DNA of 64,000 nucleotides, from assembly GCA_028534125.1 (NCBI GenBank), contig CM052816.1, positions 61,754,001-61,818,000 on the forward strand, written 5' to 3'. A model generated the notes under the pieces. It had not been told where the DNA came from, made no database searches, and saw nothing but the letters and a program-made list of their open reading frames with translations. The position numbers and the translations under genes were made by a program. Source of the DNA: Lama glama (taxonomy: Eukaryota). Of the stretch, positions 13,111 through 24,790 are shown one piece after another. Each line of letters starts with the position of its first letter. Within the stretch, counting starts at the first letter, position 1.

Positions 13111-14269
13111 TTATGTATTCTGTAGGAACGCAGGCAAACTGAACCCCTCATAGGAAATGCTCAGGCAGAGGCTAAAATACTCCTGCTAAAATGTTGTAGG
13201 AGAATACTGTATTGGGAAGGGAGGGGGCAGGCGTGTCTAGATCTAATACCACCTCAGATTATTTTTCGTTCTGTGAAATGACTCCTGTGTTGCCTGGGAG
13301 CACAAGTGCTAACCTGAGGACAAAGGATGAGGTTGGGAGCAGGGAACTTCGCAGGCCCCTTTCAATGCCTCTTCCTTTCTTGGGATGCTCACTCTTATCC
13401 CAGATGCCAGATGATTAGCTGTGTTTCCTGCGTATTTGGGTTCCTTGCCTTTCCATGCCTCCCATCTGATGAAGTCCCTTTGCCACATAACCCCGCTCCC
13501 CATCAGCTTGAAGAATTACCCATCTCCATTCTTGATTCTTCAGGTGAGAGTCTTTGCCAGCCAGCTGACCATAAGGATGACTCTTTCATCCTTCCTTTTA
13601 GGCAGTATTTGCATTTTAGCAAGAGGCCACTAGGACGAGGTTGCGGAGGTGAGTGGCGATGAGCACGTGATGCGAGGGAGGGGATTGCAGAGCCCACCCT
13701 GGACAGTGTAGTGGGATTTGGACAGGTCCCTGTGGCCCACCCTGCTGGAGCCCTTGGGAGAGTTCTAGAAGAGATTAAAATTATCTAAACTAAGCTCTGG
13801 AAAATAGGAAATGAAGTTTTTACACCCACTCAGTGTCACCATGCTTGTATGTAGTGCTGGACTCTGATTTCTCTGGAGAGAATGGATAAGATCTTTAAGG
13901 CTAGAAACAAGGACAGTAAAACTCCTTTGCAGCTATGTTTGAATGTTGTGCTGCTATTCTGAGGTAGTGACTGTATCCCTGCACTTGCCTCAGAAAAATC
14001 CAGCCATTGTATGTGGTTTGCATAAAAAAACAAAACACATAATACTACCTAACCATTATGGTGTCATCTCCAGGTGATTCCTTCCAGATGTAACTGGACA
14101 AGACATCACTCCCTCCTCTGGCTCTCCCTCACTGAGACTGTGAGGAGGGTGGTCCTTGTCCAAGTATTTAATGGAGGATCTCACAAGGGGAAATGTCAAC
14201 ACTTTCCCTGGGTCTTTGTGTAATTAAATGAGCAGCCAATGAAAAGCTCACATCCTGTGTCTAAAGGGG

Positions 14270-14650
14270 CACGACAGACAAATGTAATGCATGATTACTG
14301 ACTGGATCCTGAATCAGAAAAAAATAAACAAAAAAACACCAACCCCAAAACCCTGATATTTTGCAACAGTTGAAGAATGTTGAATATGGATTGCATATTA
14401 ATTAGATCCTTGCTATTTAGAGTGTAGGCCACTGACCAGCAGCAGCAACAACACCTGGAGGCTTGTTAGAAATGCAGTTTTAACATCAACCGGGTGGTTT
14501 ACATGCACATTAAAGGTCAAGGAGCACTGTGTTAGGCAATATTATTGTATCAATGTTACATTTCTTGCTTGTGATAATGGCATGGCAGGAGAGTGTCTGT
14601 GCGTGCTGGGGTAGGTGGGCCTTCCCAGTGGAAGAATTCAGAGGCATGTC
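14270..14650 (+). mobile_element. Old L1 3'UTR fragment with internal MER5-like hAT element (about 14420-14530)
   Basis: 'ctggatcctgaatcagaaaa', 'tgaatatggattgcatatta', 'attgtatcaatgtta'; insert 'accagcagcagcaacaacacctggaggcttgttagaaatgcag'. Confidence 0.6.
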
Positions 14651-15599
14651 TACAACCTAGGCCAAAGGTGAAGCCTCCAAGGGAACTGGACCCTAGACTC
14701 TTGCAAGTCACTGTGGATTGTTGCTGAACCATTAGGTCTTCTTTTGGCAAGATAGGCCAGGCATGGAGATGGGTACCACACAGAGAAGAGGAAGAATGAT
14801 GGAGGTAGACCAACCCTCCCCCCCAGGAGGAAACTCCAGAGTCCCAGTGGTGTCTGGGGATTCATTTCCACTATGTGACAGCCAGTCAACAAAGTTCGGG
14901 TGTGTCCCCTTAGCTCAGTGGGGATTTTTTTCCCTTTGTTGGATGACACAGATTAAAATTCCTTCCTTCATATGTTGTAATTCCCTTTGGTTTTCCCCCA
15001 ACACTTTTCTGAGGTCTGACAACACCCCTCCAGCTTTGTGCCTTCGTGACAGGAGAGACGAGACTGGCCTTTGCAGAGGGAGCAGCACCCCTCCAGGGGC
15101 AGAGGCCCAGGGCTCCAGCCTGTATTTCCCAGAAGGGGAGTTGAGCTGCTGCCAGCTCCTGGGCCTCAGTTGAGTGTCTGTCTCCTCAGCAGGTCAGAGT
15201 CTTGAATTCAGGCTTACTAACCTTGAGACCTTTTCCCTACTCGCCAAACACATAAGGGGAGTCATAAGGACAAACCTCCCCCAAGCCCCACATTTCCGCA
15301 GCTGTAGAAGATTTGATTCATGCTGGGTATTTATTTCAAATAAAGACTAGCACAAACCAAAAAACTGAGAAGTTACCTCCTCCCACTCGTTTGCAAATTC
15401 CATTCAGGTTTGGGAGTTATTTGAATAATTTTCTTTTTGAAACTTAAAAAAAGGCAGAAGAATCAGCCTCCTGCTAGCAGGAGACAAAGATGAGCATCGC
15501 TACATAAAGGTACCAGATTATGTTACCCTTCTGGAATCCTGGTAGCCAATTCCAGTTGTTTTTGAAGCACAATGCTACCCATGAGGCCTAAACTAAAAG

Positions 15600-15880
15600 A
15601 ACCAGACATTCCAGATTGACTCAAATAATTCCATTTTTTAAATGTAATGTTCTGGCACCTCTGTGATTTCCATATTTGTTCCAGTTTTCATCACACCCTG
15701 TGATACTGAATGGCAAGATCAAGAACAAAATGCTTTTTTGAATGACTCAGCAGCCTTCCCACCTTGTGGCTGTCAGGTATGGGACACAGTGTGTCAGGGA
15801 TTAGAGGAAAACAGAATTCAAGAATTTAATTCTCTTTAAGCAAATATAAGGAAGGGAAAAATTGTCTTGTGGTTTTGTGG
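15600..15880. promoter_or_regulatory. Candidate enhancer (TEAD, AP-1, ARE/MARE, RUNX motifs)
   Basis: ACATTCCA 15606-15613; TGACTCA 15617-15623; ATGACTCAGCA 15742-15752; TGTGGTTT 15868-15875, in sequence not recognised as repeat. Confidence 0.35.
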
Positions 15881-16856
15881 GCATGGGAAATCTTATTTTA
15901 AAAAAAATGGAAAAAAGAAATCCTCAATAGAACCTATGGATCTTTGATGAATTTTTCTTTTCTGCATGATTTGAGATTTATCAGGAACCAAACTAAAACT
16001 TACTGAGTTTCTCACTATGTCTCATCAGGAAGCAGGGAAAGGACATGAGTAACTATTGAGCAATATGACTTTCAGATACGTAGTGACTTGGCTTTGCAGG
16101 CAAGTTACAATGCCTCTAGAACCCCAAGATAGGAAGGTTAAGTGCTTTTTATTTTCTTTGGAACTGTTTGGAAACATTCCCAGTTCAGAGCCGGGATCTC
16201 CATCTTATGGTAGTGCAACATAGCTGTGCTGTCTCTGACTACACAGAACAAGTTTACAGCCGAACTGGAAAACAGTTCTCCTGTGCTATGTCTAGTTCGT
16301 GCAGGCCAGGCTTTATCAGTTTTTGGTGCTCCATGTGATAATTCCCGCTTGCCAAACACGCTTGTCTGAATTATTCCATAAAACAACTTGATAAATGGAC
16401 TTATCAAGACCATTAGGTCTTGAAAAACTTAAATTAATCCCAGATGACTCTCTTTTCAGTTAAATAATAAATTTAAATAAAATGTGAATGTAAATATATT
16501 TTCAACTCACAGTTCTACTTCAACCACTGAAGCACATTCTGGCGCTAAGCACTGTATCTGTTTCTGACATTTATGACTTTTGTGCATGTTGGAAACAAAC
16601 AAGATCTCAGGTGCCTGTATTTATTTTTTTTACATTTATGACTCTTTTGTATTTGCTGGAAATGAACAAAGTTCTCAATTTTTTATCTGTAAAATAATAA
16701 CAGCTGTTTCATAAGGATCTTAGGATGATTAAATAAGATAGTGGACATAAAGTGATTGTCATAGTACAAAGTACATAATGAGTGCTTAATTAATGTTGTA
16801 ACTTAATCCTTTGGTTCATGGTAGATGGACAAAGACTTGGGAAGTGATTTAACCTA

Positions 16857-17634
16857 TAGGTTTCTCTCACCATCTGAAAGTAGAGCGTTCCTACAAAACA
16901 GTACACAAACTGAAATGGTGAAAAGCAAAGAAGCAATTACCTTAGGATAGTCTCTTGCTAAGGATGCACAAAATAAGTCAGGATAGAGCACAGATGCTCA
17001 CAGACACAGTTCAAAGCTATGGCATCTTTTTTCTTTTTTGATTGCAGTATATAGTTGATTTACAATATTGTGTTAGTTTCAGGTGTACAGCAACGTGATT
17101 CAGCTATCTATGTAGCAGATTATTTTCTATTAGAAGTTATTACAAGATATTGAATATAGTTTCCCGTGCTCTACAGTAAATCCTTGTTGCTTATCTATCT
17201 GATGTATAGTGGTGTGTATCTGTTAATCTCACACTCCTGATTTATCCCTACCCCAACTCCCTTTCCCCTTTGGTAACTATAAGTTTGTTTTCTATGTCTG
17301 TGAGTCTGTTTCTGTTCTGTATGCAGACAAGTATTATATTGCTATCACTTATATGTGTAGTCTAAAAAATAATACAAAAGCTATGGCATCTTGTTGCTGA
17401 GATGCTGAGTGTCGTTCCTGGGGAAGGAGCTTGGTGGTGCCCCCTCTCACTGCTCGGGGTGAGCGCTGCCTCTGTATGTCAGATAGCTGCAGAACAAACA
17501 AGAACAGTGTTTTTGCTTTTTCCCTTTTTTTCATAAAAGGGATTTCTTTTGGTTGGCAAAAACAGGTACTAATTTAGGCCTTTTGTAAAAGTGAAGTGGC
17601 ATAAAGTGAACTTGCGAAAAGCGGAGGATACCTG
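16857..17634. mobile_element. Tigger-family (TcMar) non-autonomous DNA transposon, interrupted by an L1
   Basis: Degenerate terminal inverted repeats 'taggtttctctcacc..gaaagt' / 'cttgcgaaaagcggaggatacctg', with TA at 16855-16856. Confidence 0.7.
17029..17376 (-). mobile_element. Short 5'-truncated, 5'-inverted L1 3' end
   Basis: T-rich tail, then minus-strand L1 3'UTR to about 17325, then a plus-strand piece 'gctatcacttatatgtgtagtctaaaaaa'; exact 16-bp TSD AAAGCTATGGCATCTT at 17013-17028 and 17377-17392. Confidence 0.85.
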
Positions 17635-17879
17635 TGTTCATTTCCCTCAGTTTTCAAATTAACGTATTTATTTTTCACTGTAAAATAACAGATTTTGATA
17701 GCAAATTCAGAGCTACTTTTTTTGTGCATTAGTTAAGTTTTAAAATTTAAGGCTTTTCGTGATCCGCTTTTAGGGCCCTCTGCTTTTCCAGACCCACTCC
17801 ACACCACTTCTTTCCTGTTCCCAGCTCACTGGTCTGACAGAATCATGTACTAGTCCTGTTACACATTCCACAGTTTCTT

Positions 17880-18484
17880 TTCTGGCTTTATTAAGATATA
17901 ACTGACATGTAACACTGTGAAAGTTCAAGGTATATACGTGTTGATTTGATACACTTATATGTTCAGAAGGATGACCACCATAGCGTTGGATGTGACATGA
18001 CACCTTGTCACATCACACAATTACCATTTCTTTTTGGTGGTGAGAACATTTAAGATTGACTCTCTTATGAACCTTCAAGGCTGTAGTACAGTATTATGAA
18101 CTGTAATCACCGTGCTCCTTGAAACTTACTCATTTTACAACTGAAAGTTTGTACCCTTTGTCCATCATCTCCCTATTTGCTACCATCCCCAACCCCCTGG
18201 AAACCACCATTCTACTCTGTTTCTATGAGTTTAGCTTTTTTAGATTTCACATGTAACTGATATTATACTGTATTTGTCTTTATCTGGCTTATTATGACTT
18301 AATTTCATGTAGCATAATGCTTTCAAGAGCCATCCATTTTGTCAGAAAGGCAGGATGTCTTCTTGTGGCTGGATTAGATAGATAGACAGATAGATAATAT
18401 AATCATCTATTTATAGGTATATATCTTCTTATCCATTCACCTGTTGATGGGCACTTAGATTGTTTCCATATCTTGGCTATTGAC
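17880..18484 (-). mobile_element. L1 3' end (L1MA9-like)
   Basis: 'tggtgagaacatttaagat...ggaaaccaccattctactctgtttctatgagttt'; exact 13-bp TSD TCCACAGTTTCTT at 17867-17879 and 18485-18497. Confidence 0.85.
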
Positions 18485-18679
18485 TCCACAGTTTCTTATG
18501 TCGTTTTTCACCTGTGTAGAAAACTTTTTCCCAGTTCCCTGTATTATAATCTCGTTCTTCCTTTAAAGTTCACACACCTTTTCTTCTACAAAATCATCTC
18601 TGATTCCCGTGGTACAACAGTAATCTCTCCCTTACTGTCATTCTTATGACATTGCATATATTTAAAATTTAAATTTAAA

Positions 18680-19230
18680 TTTAGAACAGGATTAGATTTA
18701 CAGAAAAGTTGTAAATATTGTACAGAGAATTTCCATATACCCTTTTGTTTCCCCTAACATTTACACCCTACATTACTATGGTACATTTGCCACAACTAAG
18801 AATTGAGCACTGCTACATATATTAAGCCCTTTAACTTACACTGTAGCTTTCTCTTAATTATAAACTCCTTGACACCAGGCCATGTGGCCACCAACTTACT
18901 CATTTCTGTAATATGTGCAAAGTCTGTGCTTACCATTGAGCACAGAGTGGGCCATAAAACAGTATTTGTTGAATGAAAAAATAACTGCCTTCATCGCCTT
19001 ATTGCCTACCTCAACAAAAACCCTTAGTTTATGTCAACTTTCTATTAAAGTGGAACATAACATAACATGCAGAAAAATCTCACCGTAAATTAAGAGCTTA
19101 ATGAATTTTCACAAGTGAACACATTCATATAATCATCACCCAGATTTTTGAATAAAACATTTTCTGCATCTTTGCTTTCCTCAGAAGTCCCTCATGTACC
19201 CCTTCTGATCACTACTGCCATCCATTCTGA
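18680..19230. mobile_element. Short old L1 (minus) and L2 3' end (plus) fragments
   Basis: 'tagatttacagaaaagttgtaaatattgtacagagaatttcc'; 'tatttgttgaatgaa'; 'atgaattttcacaagtgaacac'. Confidence 0.55.
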
Positions 19231-21829
19231 CATTTTGTATTGCCCTTAGTTTTATTTTAATAATGGGTTCACAGTATCAAAGTACCATGGTATAACCCAC
19301 TTTTATATTGTTATCATATCCATGCATAGTGGCTTGAATCTATCTATTAAAATAACTGCTTGATTAAAGGAAGTATAATGAAGTAGATTTTCCAACAGCC
19401 AAACAATGTCCATTGTCTTTGTAGTTTATATAGTTTCGGCATCAAGGCCCAGCTTATGGTTGGGTGTACCCACTCTGGGCCGAAGGACAATTCCACTCTG
19501 ACAACATCAGTCAGGTTAGTGTAGGAAGTGGGACGTAAACCATTTGGGTTTCTGTTCCCTTAGAAACACATGGAACAAAATAGAGTTTGCCAAATGGAAA
19601 TATACAAAACCACCAGGGAAATAAATGTTATTTTTAAGCTTCTAAGAGGCTATCGCAAATAACTGGGAGGAAAGTGGAAAGAATTCAAAAAGCAGGTGAC
19701 CTTATAACAGGCAGAACACAGCAGGGTCAGCAAGTGCCTAGAGAATGTTGTGACTTGGAGAAAAAGACATGGAGAGCTGAGGCCGAGAGGCACTAACCTC
19801 ACTGGACATGATGAGAGCTAGCCATGAACGAGCTGGCTTTTCCCCAATCCTCCGAGAGCCAGAGAGCAAAAAGGAAACCATTCTCTAGAAATGGGAGGTT
19901 CAAGAATCCCTGGGTACTAAAAATGGAGCAGATTTGAAGATCTGGGAACTGGTGGGTTTGCCGCTGGCAGCCAGGTCTGGAGTGTTGCCCTCAGCAGGCA
20001 GGTTCTCCTCTCCTCTTAGAGCAGATACCGCCCTGTGTCTTCTAGGTGGAGCACACAGAGGCCGCACAGTGGGCGAGGAGGCAGGGGAAGGCTGTACTGT
20101 CCATGGAAGGAGCTGCCCCAGAGGCAGACGGGGAGAAGGGCAGGTGCCTCCTCTGGGTTCAGAGGGAAGAGAAAGCCACCACGGCCTGTCTCTGCCCTTC
20201 TGAAGTTCCATCTGTGCTTCACGGCTAGTTCTCAGAGGGGTCAGGAATCCACAGGTACTTTGCAAAGTGCATGCCAATTACACAAATTGCCCGCTTTGTG
20301 GTGTGTATTTAAATCAAGACAGAACGTTGCCAGTTGGTCTGTCTAGCTTTTCTCACAGAGATAGCACTAAGAAAACTGGCTCCACCAGAGACAGAGTTTG
20401 TGCCACACGTTCTCTCATAAAGGGGAAGCCTCCCCAGACCCAGCAAAGAGGGAGGTGCAAAGAGCGGGATGCCAAGAGCTGGCTGCTCCTGTTTTGCACT
20501 TGGGTCACAGACAGTCACAGCTCCAAGCACAGCCGGGACCTCTGCAGTGTTTTGGTATTCACACAGCTAGCAGGACGACATGCCCAGACTGCAGATGACA
20601 GAATGCACAAGAGCTTCTCGAAAAAAGGGCCTGGGAGTCTGAACCTACTCTCCAACCACCAGCCTTTCTCCCACCATCCCATTCTATCACAACTTTCAGT
20701 CCAGGTGACTTGCGGGAGATAAACAGAAGTCGGCTTATGCAGGAGCGCCCAGGGAAGTTCTGGATGGCTTATGGGCTCTCCTTATCCTAGCTATCTGGAA
20801 TCTTACAAAGACATGACACCAGGCTCTCATAAAGTGGGAAAGGAACTTTCCAGAAGGGCAGATCACAGCAAGACAGAAAATGCAAGTGGTGTTAACTCTT
20901 CCTTTAACGTAAGCCGAGTTCTTTCTCTTATATTTCTCTATTTTTTTTTTTTAAGTAAGAGAAAGAGACAAGAGTTTTCCCAAATACTACATTGGAGCTT
21001 GTGACCAAGAGAATTAAAATAGAATCTTTGACAGTGATATTTTAAAAATAATCAGCCACTTATCTTTATGGGGAATTTCCCCCTCAGGTGCCAGATTACT
21101 GCCTTCCTGGCTTCTCTTTCTCACCTGACTGGAAGGTGCGTCCTCTTCCACTACCAGCCTCCATCTCCATTGCAAAACCTGTGATCTCCCACTTCACAGA
21201 CACAAAAGCTCATCCTGCAATCAGCCCCCACCCTAGTTCTCCACCATCAGCAGTATGGAAAAGGGCAGTTTTCAAGTTTCTGCCCTCTTTACCATATATT
21301 GGGTAAAATTCTCAGTTTGCGGTTGTATGCTCCACTAACCAACAATCCCAGGCAAACACAGGACAGGGAGCAGGGCTGGTCTACTTGCTTCCAATATACC
21401 AGTAAAAATTGGAAATATCCTAGATACACATAAATAGAAATAATTTTAAGTATCTGATAGTACATCCCCTAGGGAGACTCTCCAGGAGCTTTACAGAAAT
21501 GCTTGCTAGCAGCACATTCAATGCTTCTGCTACAACGTTAAGTTTAAAAGGTAGGATACAAAATTATCTGTCAGTAACTGGACTGCAGCTGAGCAGTGTT
21601 TGACACCTGAAATTCTGTTGCAAAGAAAGAGAAGAAAGACCGGAAAGAAATGCATCAAAATTAACAGATTGAGCCTGTAGGGTGAGTGAGATTTTGGTGG
21701 ATTACTTGTCTGTTTATAATTTTCCACCTTTTGAAGTGAGCATGTCCTGCATTTATAACAATGAAGAAAGGTGGTGGGGATAGGACCCTTTGACTTTCGC
21801 ATTTAACCAGTGAGCAAAAGCAATGAACA

Positions 21830-22310
21830 GCAGAGGTTCTGTGGCGGGCACGCAGCACTCCCGCGGCCCCGCCCATCCCCAGCCCGCGGGGCACAGGAGC
21901 CTTCAGAGAGGAGCCTGTTTTATCTCTGCGCAAGGGTGACGTCACCCCAGGAAAACCAGAGAGTGCCGATTAATCACGAAGTCAGGGCTAATCCCTGAAA
22001 AGAACTCTGGTTGGGGTGAGACGAGAGGGTGCCCCTGACGGAGGGCGAGCTCAGACACCGCCGCGGGGCTGCAGTCTGCGTCGCCAGGCCACGCTGCCCG
22101 CTGCCGGCGGGCTGCTCAGGGGGCGCATGCGCAGCAGCCGCAGAACCCCCTTCTCCCATCCCCTCGCCAGCCGGCCACCTGCTCTGTCTCCAGGCTCTCA
22201 CCCAAGCCGGCAGGTTCGCTGTGTACCACGGCTGTTCATGGTCGTGGGCCCACGACGAGCAGAGCTCTTAAAGATGACTATCACCACGGTCGTGAGACAA
22301 TTGTTTGGCT
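21830..22310. promoter_or_regulatory. Orphan CpG island / promoter-like element
   Basis: GC/CpG-rich. GC box GGCCCCGCCC 21865-21874; palindromic CRE GGGTGACGTCACCC 21934-21947; CTCF-like TGCTCAGGGGGCGC 22113-22126 overlapping NRF1 GCGCATGCGC 22123-22132. Confidence 0.7.
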
Positions 22311-23325
22311 GAGGTCTGTTGTAGTATCAGAGCCCAAAAGGGTAAATTAGATCCTGGACCGTAACTGGAAGACGCTTGGAGAGAGAGAGGCCATTCTTCT
22401 TATTTTTAAAGTTTAGGGTTTTACAGCCGTCTGTTTTAATGAGATCTGTAGTATAGATACATATTATTCATGACAGAATTTTATTAAGATTGTTTGAACG
22501 ATTTCATTCTGTTGTTTGCACACTTTGTCAGCCCGTTGCTGGAGGATGGCAGGGCCCCGGGATTCAGAGCCAGGGTGCAGGCCCACGCTCCCCACGGGCC
22601 CTTGCAGGAGTCACGGCAGGGAGAAAAGAATGGGCACCTGGCAGCACTGTGGATTAGAGTTGCTGATCCCTGAAGAGGTCCTCTGAGGGTTAATGAACCT
22701 TGGATGCCATCAGTTTCCCTTAGAGAAGGTCCTCACACGGGTCTTGCCTGAAAGCTGTCTGTGCCCTTGAGGAGAAAAAGTGACCAAAGTCTTCTGGGGG
22801 GTCTGAGATGTCAGAAAAGACACCTGGCAGTGAAATGTGTCGTTCTTAAGAATGGCTTTGTAGAATCTTCTAAAATACTGGGTGATGTGACACACTCTTT
22901 TTAGGCTGGGCAAGCAAAGGACTTGAAGCATTTTAAGTGGGGAGCTGCCCGGCTCTGCTGAGAAGGAAATGCTGGTAAGAGTGCCCAGGAGCAGGTGGTG
23001 TGAGGGAAGCCTCCATCTTGCCTTTAAGCAGATTCTTGCACTAACTTGGCCTTATGGTCAGTCTTGAAGGAGCTCCCAAGCAGTCCTGAAGCTAGGTACT
23101 CCAGCCCGCCATCCTGTGTTTGGTGTCTGGTTTATCAGGCAAATGTTAAACAGTGAGCCACAGAGGCCTCTGGCCCAGTGGGCAGGGATTAGGTAAGTAC
23201 CTGGAAACTGAAGATGAGTGGAGATAGAGCTGAAGTTGGGGTGCAGGTGAGCAGAACAGGTGCCGCAAACACAAATTGCCCTACTGATTTGTTTTTCATC
23301 ACATCACTTGTCACACACTTTCTAT

Positions 23326-23475
23326 TTTTTCTTTCTTCCTTTCTTCCTTCCTTTCTTCCTTCCTTTCTTTCTTCCTTTCTTCCTTTCTTCTCTTTCTTTT
23401 CTTTTTCTTCCTTTTCTTTTTCTTCCTTTCCTTTCCTTTTTTTTCTTTTCTCTTCTCTTCTTTTCTTTTTCTCTT
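23326..23475. repeat. Compound polypyrimidine microsatellite (CTTT/CCTT/CTTTT)n
   Basis: About 150 bp of C/T-only sequence. Confidence 0.95.
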
Positions 23476-23929
23476 ACAAAATAAAGGTCTCGCTAGGGTT
23501 GCTTTATGAACTTCCACAGTGCAGTTAGTGAGTGCCACATGGTGTTAGATTGCCTTGGCATTGAGAAGGGTGCTTATCTGCTTTTGATCACTGTTGGAGT
23601 CTCAGGCCTTTAAATCTTTTGAACTTGGATCCATTGTTCCATACCAGCTGCTACTGATTCTACAACCCCGATGCTCTCTTGATTATATTTTTTTGGCTCA
23701 AGTATGTCTTTTCTATCTCTTGGGCCTAAGGGGCTGGGAATGTGGAGTTTGGTTCCTCGGCCATAATTAGTAGCTTGAGTCCCTGTGACCTGTTCAGAGT
23801 TCATAGTAACTGGAGTCAACAACTAACTGGGTTTAGGAGAAGTAGCAGCAGGTTTATGTAGCCTGGGAAAGATAATCCAGCTCCAAGGCATGGGAGGAAC
23901 AGATAGGGATATTTGGTGGCTGCTGAAAT

Positions 23930-24070
23930 CAGAGTTTCTCTAACTGGGGTAATCATCATAATCACCCAGGAAACTTAAAAATAGAGACTTCCAGGGCTGG
24001 GAGTCGGGTAGACATCTGTGTTTTTCGAAACTCTTGGGTGATTCTGACATCAGCCAAGGCAGGGCCCACT
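23930..24070. mobile_element. MER5-like hAT DNA transposon
   Basis: 'cagagtttctctaact...atcataatcacccagg...ggtgattctgacatcagcca'. Confidence 0.55.
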
Positions 24071-24569
24071 GGTTTATGGCTTTGGCTGCTGTGAATCAGG
24101 GGCAGAGCTTGGCTTGGGCAACACAGTGTGTCTAGGGGTGGGGTTGACGATCAGAAATTACGAGGTTTTAGACATTTGGCCAGTTTTCCAGGATTAGAGC
24201 CTTCCTGTTGGGGATGAGTTTAAGATTTGGGACTCAAAGCTGAAAGGATCTGGGAAGAAGACAGAAGTACCTACCTCCTGAGTGACTAGATCCCTAGTCA
24301 CTAAGGTTTGCAAGTCCCTAAGCCTAGGGGAAGGGGGTCAGGCTCAGGTCAAAGAACTAACAGTGGAGGGGAATAGTAACAGGAGAATCCAAGGCGGCCT
24401 CATATCTCTGCAGAGCATCCACCCACCTGGTTCCCAGCACAGCCAGCAGGAGGGGCTGTAAGGTTAAGCTTACAGGAACTTTGTTAGACAAGGATCCTAA
24501 TCTAGTAACTGTGACTGAAGGAGGTAATAATAATATTAATAATAGCCATCACTAAAACAAATGCTACTG

Positions 24570-24790
24570 TGGTTAGCATTTATTGAGCACCATATGAAAC
24601 ACTTTACAAGTATTAGCCAACTGAATCCCTCACAACAGTCTTCTGGGGGTAAACTCTATGTCCAGATTACAGATGAGGAAACCAGAGCTTAGAGAGTTTT
24701 AAGTGAATCATCCATCTAAGGATTCCCGGCTAGTTGGTGGCAGAGACAGAACTTGAGCTTACCGCTGTTTGATTCTCGAGTGTGAGCTTT
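24570..24790 (-). mobile_element. MIR SINE
   Basis: 'tagcatttattgagcac...ttacagatgaggaaaccagagcttagagag'. Confidence 0.75.

Noticed and set aside
21974..22312. ORFs across the CpG island
   Set aside because: Stop-poor GC-rich sequence, mostly non-ATG starts, no homology recognised.
23214..23538. Phe/Ser-rich and Lys/Arg/Glu-rich ORFs
   Set aside because: Translations of the microsatellite.
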